Below, piece after piece: positions 53,135 through 64,000 of a stretch of 64,000 nt of DNA. The stretch comes from the human T2T-CHM13v2.0 reference genome, Homo sapiens. Position 1 is the stretch's first letter. Each line of letters begins with the position of its first letter. The position numbers and the translations under genes are program-made. Where the stretch lies: NCBI RefSeq assembly GCF_009914755.1, contig NC_060930.1. One strand, written 5' to 3'. Under the pieces are notes generated by a model. It was not told the origin of the DNA. It saw only the letters and a list, made by a program, of their open reading frames with translations, and did not search any database.

Positions 53135-53638
53135 TGTGATGGTTAATTTTATCTGTCAAGTTTCTGGGCCACAGGTTTCCCAGATATGTGGTCAAACATT
53201 AATCTAGGTGTATTTGTGAGAGTATTTTCAGATCACGTCAGCATTTGATTGATGGATTGCCCTCTAGGGAGGGTAAAGCAGTTGCCCTCCCTAATGTGGG
53301 TGGCCATCTAATCAGCTGAAGGCCTGAACAGAACAAAAAGGCTGATCCTCTGCAGGAGGAAACTCCTTTTCCTCGATCTGGGACATTGGTCTTTTCCTGC
53401 CTTCAGACTCGAATTGGGACATTGGCTCTTAGGTCTTGAGCCTGCTGGCCTTTAGATTGGCACTTACACCATTGGCTCTCCTGGGTTTCCAGCTTGCTAA
53501 CTAGAGAACTTGGGACTTCTCAATCTCCGTAATCACGCCAGTACCTTATAATAAATTCCTCTCTCTTTCTTCCTTTCTGTCTCTCAAATATGTTTGTACC
53601 CTGTTGGTTCTGTTTACCTGGAGAAACCTGACTCATAC
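53135..53638 (+). mobile_element. MLT2D-like ERVL solo LTR
   Basis: TGTGATGGTTAATTTTATCTGTCAA...ttggttctgtttacctggagaaacctgactcatac. Confidence 0.85.
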
Positions 53639-56600
53639 TGACAATTATAGTTTGGCGTGGCTATATGTAAAGTCTGTGAGTGGAGGCAATGGGGTATGCT
53701 TCTTCATAGTTTCTAGAATTAGAAACTTTACACTCACTTTGGACAATTCTCTCTTCTTTACCTATTATATTTGCAGATTCTGCTGACTCATCTTCAGAAT
53801 GACATCGTAGTTGTTCACTTGTTATTGTAGCACCCAATGTCTTTGGCATTCGACTATACCTTAGCTTTCAGCTCTCTCTTCATGCCCATACTTGATCCCT
53901 AGCTATTACTGGCATGTTTCATCACATGCACTTCCCTCCCTTGGTTAACTGTTCACGCTGCTTCCTCTTCCAGTGTTGCCCTTTCCCCATCTGTCTGACT
54001 ACACTAAACTCATGCTTAAAGGTTTATGAAACAATGCTACCTCATAAGGGTGGAGAGTTCTATTGCTCCTCTGTTCATGATTGTATTCCAATGTCTAGGA
54101 TAGTGACTGCAACATGAGAGAGAAAGAGAGAGAGAGAGAGAGTGGGGAGAGGGGGTGTTGAATGGTAATAAGCTGACAGCATTCAGAACCTGGGATAAAT
54201 TGTCAGAGCATTTCTGTTCCACCCATACCCCCTTCATAGTTTGGTTACATGAGCTCAAATTCATTTGGGTTTATGTCACTTGCCACTGAAAAAGCTCTGG
54301 CTAATCCACTATCTATAGAGGTTTAGCCATTAAAAGTATGGAAAGAGATGTGTTACAAAAAAATTAGTCACAAGAATGAGACTCCAGCATTCTCTATTGC
54401 CTCATGCTCTTCCAATCCTTTAGGATGTGTAAACACTAAAATTCTACTGTAATCGGAGGACCACTTTGAGCATTGGAGAATATCTTATCTCTGGGTGCAT
54501 TTTTAAAAAAGGATGTTCACTAAAAGCTAAAAGAAGCACTTTATAGTCAATTTATGAACCAACTGCTCTTTTAAGATAGCAGACTGTCATTTCATTTGAA
54601 ATGGAGGCTATGCATTGGCTCATGTTTGATTGTGATGTCTTACATTTATCGTAAAACAAGTCTCATCATCACATTGCTTATTTATTCCATTATGTTTGAT
54701 TCCTTTGTATAGTAAGAAGAGATAATCATCTCATCACTTAGGACTTCCATAATTGTTTTGTTTTGCATAACAAACTATTTTAATATTTAAAAAGAAATAT
54801 TATGGCTAAATATTCTTTTGGTTTGCATAAAAAGAAAATCAGACCCCTTTTCAGATATAATACATGTGAATAGAAGTTAGGATTATTATAGCTCTGAACT
54901 CCTGTTTTTATATCCTTATTGCTTTATGAGTGAATTGATGAAATAGCATTCTCTTCTAACCAGTGAAAATCTCTAATTCAGAATATGTTTTCAAATCTTT
55001 GTAATAAAGAGAATTTTTCTGGATGGGCATTCGTGCATAATTTCTCCTCAAATACCCAAGTTATAAAATACAACTTCAAAAAAAATGTTCTGGCAGCCCA
55101 TAAATACGGGACCTATTTCAAAATTACATTTCTACTGGAGCCATTCCTCAGGTTGAAGAACAAAAAGACAGAAAGCAATAATCACACAGAAAGAATGTAC
55201 TGAACATTATTGCTTGGGCTGCAATTAGACTTTGGTATGAATAATCCAAAATTCTTCCTTACATTAGTTTCATGTTGGTACTACAGGCTACAGAGTGCCC
55301 TAAAGAATGATGTCCTTCCTCATATTACAGGTAAACTATAAAACAATATGAGACCTATTGTCTAAGTTACCTCTAAGTCTGCCTTTGAAACCTAAGGTCC
55401 TTACTAAGTTCTCTCATCAGGAAGGACATCCTCCTTAAAATTACTCACCCTGTTTTCAACACAATATAAATCATGTGAAAATCTTCTGGTTCCCTTCCCC
55501 CCTAGTATTTTGTTTCTCCTTTTTAGAATGTAAAGAGTCTTCACATATTTTACACATTTTAAGTGCCAAGCATCTTTATTAATGAGGGAAGCACAAAAGT
55601 CTTCAAAGAGAGAAGTAGAGGTGGAAAGAACAAGCCACCCCTGGACCTGGATCACTACATGGGCTCAAGACATGGACCAGAACACAGGCATCCTGGCTCC
55701 CAGTTCATAGTTCTTATTGACTTCTGTGTTGCCTTCCTCTTTTTAGAGAACAGTTCCACATAAATATATAAAGCTCTCCAAAGTTTATTTCAAAGCATAT
55801 CTCTTCAGGTAAGCCAATGAAAAAACCGGCTGTCATTAACAAGCCTATGAACAGAGGTAATCTGGTTCTTTGTTAATAGAAGTAGATTGGAGATTTGTAA
55901 TACAGTGTTCCTAGACCCCATGCGCTGAAGTGCCACAGAAAGTCATTAAGAGAGTCCTTTATGCTTTAATGGTTCTATAGCTGTTAGTAGTGTGGGAATT
56001 TTTCAGGACATTCAAATTTTCTTCCACCAAATAATAATATCTAGGAATGTTCTTTGATATTCTTATAAAGCGGATGTTTAAATTTCTCTCAGTGATGTTA
56101 TTTAATGCAGTGAAAGGGGGAGAACTAAATAATGATTTGCAAGATATGAATATTCCAGAATCTCTTAATATTTACTGATCTCTTCAGGGGGAAGCTCATA
56201 GTTCTTCTCTTTCCTGCTTCTACCTTTCTAAAATCCTTCAATGGAAAAGGAATTGTTTTTGGTATTGATTGACAAGTTTGATTACTAACATATTCTCTTT
56301 TCCAAAATTCCAATAAAGCTTCTGTTGTGACAAAAATAGATAAGAAACCAGCAAGCCCAATGTTATTATTTATACATTGTCACTGTTGTCCTCATTCCCT
56401 TTGCATGATATTTGATTTCAAATATCAGACCAGCCATATTTTTGTTTATAATGCAGTGACATTATCAAGATGTAGATAGTTGAGCCATGAAATACCACTT
56501 TTCTCAAATAGTAGTTTGATAGCAGGAAATGTTAAGGTTTTTTGATAGAGAAACAATACGTTATGAATTTCCCTCACTACATGTTTGCTTATGCAGTATA

Positions 56601-58759
56601 TTTCAAAAATTTCTCTATAATCATGTGTGTAGGCATCAGATCTTGGAACCAGTGAAAATACAAATACTTTAGAATACATGTTAGGAATATTTATTTTTCC
56701 CAAGCTCAGAAGATAAATAACAGTATTTTAGTTGTTGCTGTTGCTCCTTACCTGTTATTACTCTTATAAAAGTATGCATGCCTGCTAATTTTTGTAGCAT
56801 TCATGGCAAAATCTATGGCTCTAGATCCTATATAACTATAGTTAAAAGTACAACACAGTGGCCTTGGTCATTCCACAGTAGATAACAGGGGGCGATTGTC
56901 CTAAAGGATTTGGATGAATTTTATAGAAAAAAAAAACTGTATTCATTGTACAGGAGCAGAAATATGGCCAACCAAGTGGAATATAATTAGCAATTCCATA
57001 AATGTAAGGACAGGATTTTCTGATTTAGAGCATAGTAGATGCTTAATAAAAAATTGTCAGATAAAACAGAGTGAATGAATGAATAAACTGATGAATTATA
57101 GATATACTACGAAAACATCAACTTCCAGGAGTTTCATTCAGAAAAACACAATTTAGAACAGTGTAGGTGCCTTTTCCCAAGAAAGTTAATGCCTCCTGCA
57201 TATGATGCAAAACATACAGTTAGAATTGACTGAGATGGGATGCAATGCACCAAATGTGATTTCAGGTCTTTTTTACACAAAAGTTATAAAATATAAATGG
57301 AGGTCCGTTTGGTTTGTGTTGTTTGGATGTTCTCTTCCCTGATAGAAACAGAAAGCATCCCGATAACTCTTTCAGCACTTGAGGCTTATGAGAATATATA
57401 ATCCAAGTAGGGCAGCTGAGCAACTGTATTTACTCAAACTGGAAGAAAAGAAGCTCCATGAGAAAATATAACAATTTCAATGTCATTGCAGGGCTTTTCA
57501 CTATGTTTTAGCTACAGATTGAAAAAACACTGCAAGAGAAAAGCTGAGGTTAGATCCAGGATAAAATGAGTCATGTTTTAACGACTGAACGGAACCTTCA
57601 GATTATGGAACACAAGTGCATTTATGTCAAGATTTGTGGACTGGGTGGACGACACTAGACGATCACTGTCTTGATAGGCCATTTTTTACGAACCAATTTC
57701 GGTTTTTCCTTTTACTACAGCAATTGTTATTCTTGTAAAACGATCTTTGAAAAGTAGCATTTTCCTTGTCTTCGTAACCTCACATTAAGAAAACACCCAT
57801 ATTTCTACTTTATTTATCACAGAGGAAGGCTGACTCCCAACTTTAGAGAGAACAAAGTTATAGTCTTCTAAACACATGGGTGGTAATTTGAACTTGACCT
57901 AACAGAGTCAAACTTACAAGTAGCCTAACTTTCAGAGATAGAATGCATGCTCTAAAGACAGAAAGCTATTTTATTGCTGTAACTTTCAGGATGGCATACA
58001 TCTTTAAAAACATATCCGAAAGGTGAATCAGAGATTATCATGAAGGCCAGTCTCTACTATAGCTTTCTTATTTTCTATCCATTACACAAGAGTTAAACAA
58101 AATGTTTGAATGGAACGTTTAATAACAAAAGACATTTATGATGTTTACTTAATGTTTTGGACCATTAAGCATCAATGACATGAGTTATTGTATGTAATAT
58201 CTAGCCAAAAATCTTTTGACCAGGCTACATTTTACTACTCTTGGAGCTGCCAGCATCCCGATTTGAAAAAAAATCTGTGGTCGAATCCTAGTTTTCTCCG
58301 AGGACTTTGGATTTGAAAGTATCTCATGTTGCCAGAAAGTACCTTTTGAAGTTTACATTAAGATGGATATTTATTTATTTTTTCCCTATAACAATGACAG
58401 TGGTTGAGATAAACTGTTTAATTCTAAATAGAAAACACATCTGCTGTGTCTGCATTGTTTGTGGTTGCTGGAGGGGTGACAATTTAAACCAAGTAGCACA
58501 CATGACATTTTAAGTGAGATGTTGTATGAGGGCTCACAGCTGCTGACAGTGTCCTCTTCTGTTCAGCTGGGTTCAGCGGGGCTGCGGGAGCCAAAGCCCC
58601 CATTAGTGAGCCCACTGTGGATGGACAGCTCAGGGTGTCTTGGCTTTCCTTCATTCTCAGAGTGGGAGACAGGCAAAGGAGGACTTAAAACCTGCTGCTT
58701 TCCTTAGTCATAGTTACCGGCTCATTTGTTAAAAGAAATGTAACATATTTTTTCCCAAA

Positions 58760-60230
<1,471 letters not shown>

Positions 60231-60233
60231 TCT

Positions 60234-60608
60234 TGTAGGGACTGAATGTTTGTGTCCCCCCATCCCCAAATTTATATTTTGTATGTTGAGACCCTAATGT
60301 GATGGGATTAGTTTTGGGAGGTAATCGAGATTACATGAGCATGGATTTCAGGGGAGAGCCCTCCTGAATGAGATTAGTGTCCTCATAAGAGTCTCAAGAA
60401 AGCTTACTTCCTTCTTTCTTACATGTGAGAACACCGTGAGAAAATGACCATCTATTGGCAGAGAAGTGGACCCTCACCAGACACCAAACCTGCTGGTGCC
60501 TTGATCTGGGACTTCCCAGCCTCCCAGACTGTGAGAAATACATTTCTGTTGTTTATAAACTACCCATTCTGCGATATTCTGATATACCAGTCCAAACAGA
60601 CTGAGACA
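60234..60608 (+). mobile_element. MLT1A0/MST-like MaLR solo LTR
   Basis: TGTAGGGACTGAATGTTTGTGTCCCC...CAGACTGAGACA; perfect TSD CTTCT. Confidence 0.88.
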
Positions 60609-60897
60609 CTTCTTAATTCAGTGGCTGAAGTTTTTCTATAAGAATATATCTTTTTAAATTACAGGCTTTTCCCCAAGACAATTACCATGCTTTGGTATGC
60701 AGAAGAAGTAGGTTATGTGTGTTTCCCTTGTCACCACCTAGACTATTAAAAAGATGTGTACTCTAAGGGTGAGATATATAATAAAGTTGATCATTTTTCC
60801 CACTTCAAAGAAGTTGTAAAATGAAATTAGCATTTTATTTTCAATTTTTAAAATTCTACATATTTACAGATTTAGGGGATACAAGTATATATTTCTT

Positions 60898-61194
60898 AGT
60901 GGCTCACACCTGAAATCCCAGCACTTTGGGAGGCTAAGACAGGAGGATCACTTGAGTCCACAAGTTCAAGATCAGCCTGGAAAACATAGCAAGATCATGT
61001 CTCTACAAAAAATTTTAAAAATAAGAAAACTAGCCAGGCATGTTGGCTCACATCTGTAGTTCTAGCTACTCTAGAGGCTGAGGCAGGAGGATTGCTTGAG
61101 CCCAGAAGTTTCAGGCTAAAGTGAGCTATGACCGTGCCACCATGCTCCAGCCTGAGCAACAGAGAAAGATCCTGTCTCTAACAAATAAATAAGT
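60898..61194 (+). mobile_element. AluJ, slightly 5'-truncated
   Basis: aggaggatcacttgag..., aggaggattgcttgagcccag, gtgagctatga. Confidence 0.9.
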
Positions 61195-61319
61195 AATCCA
61201 AACAAACTCAAAGCAACTGATATTAGCATTTTTAAAACTATGTTTGCTTAATGTTAAAAAAAGTACTATTACTATAGACACAGTTGGTAACCACTGACTT
61301 GATTCCTGCTAAAGGTTCA

Positions 61320-61480
61320 AAGTCTTACCTTTGCTTTTACAACATGTGTCAATGTCAACACAGTGAAAAAGTGAAATAATTTCTTAGTGCTATTGTGATC
61401 ATAGATTTGACCTGTGAATCTCCTGAAATGACTTGGGAACTCCCAGGAGTCTCTGGACCACACTTTGGAAACAACTTCAC
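61320..61480. mobile_element. hAT-Charlie non-autonomous element fragment
   Basis: tttgacctgtgaatctcctgaaa...caggagtctctggaccacactttggaaac. Confidence 0.5.
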
Positions 61481-61838
61481 TGGAGTATTTTCTTCACTGT
61501 TCCAGCTCCATTTTCACCGGCTGAACCAGAGCTCACTGAAAAGTTAACTTCTCAGAGCACCCTCCAACGCCACCCAGTGCAAAGCAACTATCAATATCAG
61601 ATCAAAATATTATGATATGATATCAACACATCAATATCACATCACAATATATCAATTATTTGTATAGTGCTTATAATCATCTCATAATTTTCCTGATTAT
61701 TTTGGATTTTTCTTTCCATCTAACTAGGACTAAATTATATGAAAAATGGGCTATTTTTTTCTGACCTATTCATATTTGCTTAACAACTACATAGAAAAAT
61801 TCCTAGCATATAATAGAACTTCAAAAATATTTGGTGAG

Positions 61839-62225
61839 TGTTTATTAAAGAGTATTAACTCACATGATCACAAGGTGGGGTCCCACAATTAGGCCATCTA
61901 TAAGCTGAGGAGCAAGGAAGCCAGTCTGAGTCCCCAAGCTAAAGAATGTGGAGTCCAGTGTTCAAGGGCAGGAAGCATCCAGGAGTGAGATGTAGTCTTG
62001 GAGGCTAAGCCAGTCTCATCTTTTCATGTTCTTCCACCTGTTTTTATTCTGGCCACGTTGGCAGCTGACTAGATTGTGCCCACCCAGATTAAGGGTGGGT
62101 CTGTCTTCCCCAGCCCATTGACTCAAATGTTACTCTCCTTTGGCAACACCCTCACAGACACACCCAGGAACAATACTTCACATCCTTCAATCCAATCAAG
62201 TTGACACTCTATATTAACCATCACA
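61839..62225 (-). mobile_element. MLT2A (A2-like) HERV-L solo LTR with a short deletion near its 3' end, inserted in an L2 tail
   Basis: Homologous to 24586-24966; TG...CA; perfect TSD GTGAG at 61834-61838 and 62226-62230. Confidence 0.92.
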
Positions 62226-62559
62226 GTGAGGGAATCAACAGAATGTTGATAGTTACTTAGAAAACTGACGAAAGATTATACCAGAAGTAAAGGTCACTTA
62301 CAAGGAATGGGTCTTAAGATTTCAGGAGCTTGCTTTTCAGCAGTAGAGTTGGAATAGCTGATGATGGATTTTATGTTCAAAAGATGCTTTTACTGGTAAC
62401 TATGGCTCTCATTTGGCCAGCTATCTCCCCTTTCCTTTTCAGATTTATTTGGCTTTTATATTTCACATTTCAAACTAATCATATTTAGCATACTATATTA
62501 TTTCTATCCATTCCTATACCACTGTTGATGTAGTAATATGACTCTGGAACCCAGAATGG

Positions 62560-62910
62560 CAGTAGGCTATCTCATCTATCATTCTCTGTCCCTCTCTGAA
62601 CATCTCTGTTTATCTGTACTCTGGTGTGTAGAAGATGGAGGCTCAATAGGCCCCAATTCTAAAATGTTTATTCTACTCAAATCCTAAGAAAAAGTAATTA
62701 CCACTGACTCCCAATTCTCTAGAAAGGCACATTAGGAAGATTCCCTCAGCCACACTGGGAAACACATGAATATCTGTGCCCAATTAACTGTAGCCAAAGG
62801 ATCAGTGGTAAACACAAAAACATGGCAATAGAGATCCCACCCCATGACTGCAGAGAGGCATTCTTAGGGATCAACATGAGCTAGGCAGAGAGCCCAAATG
62901 ATGTCTTTTA
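62560..62910 (-). mobile_element. Old MaLR LTR fragment (MLT1J/K-like)
   Basis: Diverged match (tgtgcccaattaactgtagccaaagg...ctaggcagagagcccaaatgatgtctttta). Confidence 0.4.
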
Positions 62911-63729
62911 CAATTTCTAATTTATTCTGTCAATGTTTTTAATAGAAAAATCTTAAAAATTACTTAAAACTTCATTTAAATAAATAAATTTAAGTATATG
63001 TGGAAAACTAGCTATGCATTATGCTTGCTACAAATAAAAAGCCAAGAAGCCTTTATTAATCCATCCCATAGAGAACATGGTCTTACTTGCAGCCCATTAC
63101 AAGTATACTTGGAAGTGTACTTGAAGAGTGGTGTGACTATCCCCTTTCTCTTCCCCTCTGGTTCTTCTCAGTCCATAAGAAACTCTTTCCTTTGGGTACA
63201 TTCTTCTCTCTATTGTATTATCTTTCTATTTATTTTTTATTTTTTACTCAGGATACAAGCTCCATCCTGCTGTAAGCCTCTGCATCCAGCAGGCACATCC
63301 TCTGTCTCATGGCTTTGTAAATATCGGTGTTCTCAGACACTGTTGTCCTGGATGTTTGCTGTTCCTTAGAAAGCAGAACATGTAAGAAAAGCATGCACTC
63401 TCCTCTGCTGATACTGATTGTCTTGCAGAAATTTTACAGTGTTATCTCTCAAGGATCCCTCTGCGACCACACAAGTTGCTGAATAGAACAATAAGAGAAA
63501 ACCATGTGGTCATAGTGATTTATAAAAGCTAGTGAGTGCACAGTTTTCATCCTAAAATGTAAGCAGAAGTGTTAAAAGAGATACAAAAATATCTGCTGCA
63601 TCTTGGTCCCATATTACCATGACCTTATTAAAAAAACTCGAAACCTCTGATTGGGGAATGTCTGGGAATGTCTTAATTGTCATTCCCACAATTTTTTTTT
63701 AACCAAAATATCCGCAAACCTAGAGGATC

Positions 63730-63930
63730 ATCAGAATGTAATTAAATATGCACTGAAATGTTAAGGTTCTAGTTTTGGAACTTGTTACTAAGTCATAATA
63801 TTTATGAAAATTCCCTCTGAGCCTCAGTTTACTTTTTCACTTTCATGTATTATGTGCCTAATAATATATGCCCTACTTATTTTGCAAGGATATCATGAAG
63901 ATTAATCAAGAAATTTTATGATAAATACTT
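63730..63930 (+). mobile_element. MIR
   Basis: ccctctgagcctcagtttact...ccctacttattttgcaaggatatcatgaagattaa. Confidence 0.65.
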
Positions 63931-63934
63931 TGTA

Positions 63935-64000
63935 ATTTTTTTTGAGAGAGTCAAGCTCTGTTGTGCAGGCTGGAAGTAGTGGTGTGATCTCTGCTCACTG
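63935..64000 (-). mobile_element. Alu 3' end, cut by the window edge
   Basis: tttttgagagagtcaagctctgttgtgcaggctggaagtagtggtgtgatctctgctcactg. Confidence 0.8.

Overview
Primate (human-like) non-coding genomic DNA, AT-rich and CpG-depleted, roughly half made of interspersed repeats: Alu J/S/Y, L1PA/L1MB/L1MC/L1ME, L2, MIR, MaLR and ERVL LTRs, and hAT/mariner MITEs. I find no intact protein-coding gene, tRNA/rRNA/snRNA gene or CRISPR array. The long ORFs in the track are decayed HERV-L gag/pro/pol, L1 ORF2, Alu read-throughs or simple repeats. The largest structure is a three-tier nest: an old L1MB, interrupted by a 3'-deleted HERV-L (MLT2A LTRs), itself interrupted in RT by a MER9 (HML-3) solo LTR. 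The most unusual structure is at 39907-40660: a ~145-bp inverted copy of unique flanking DNA plus a spacer of locally templated AT snippets, fused exactly to the 5' end of a truncated L1PA. It looks like a fossil of fold-back/template-switch synthesis during retrotransposition. Smaller fold-back palindromes, a pure (AAG)24 tract, an AluYe-lineage element, CpG-retaining patches and candidate non-coding exons are also noted. I do not see evidence for a new gene system. Subfamily calls are from recalled consensus sequences and need RepeatMasker/Dfam confirmation; boundaries of old repeats are approximate.
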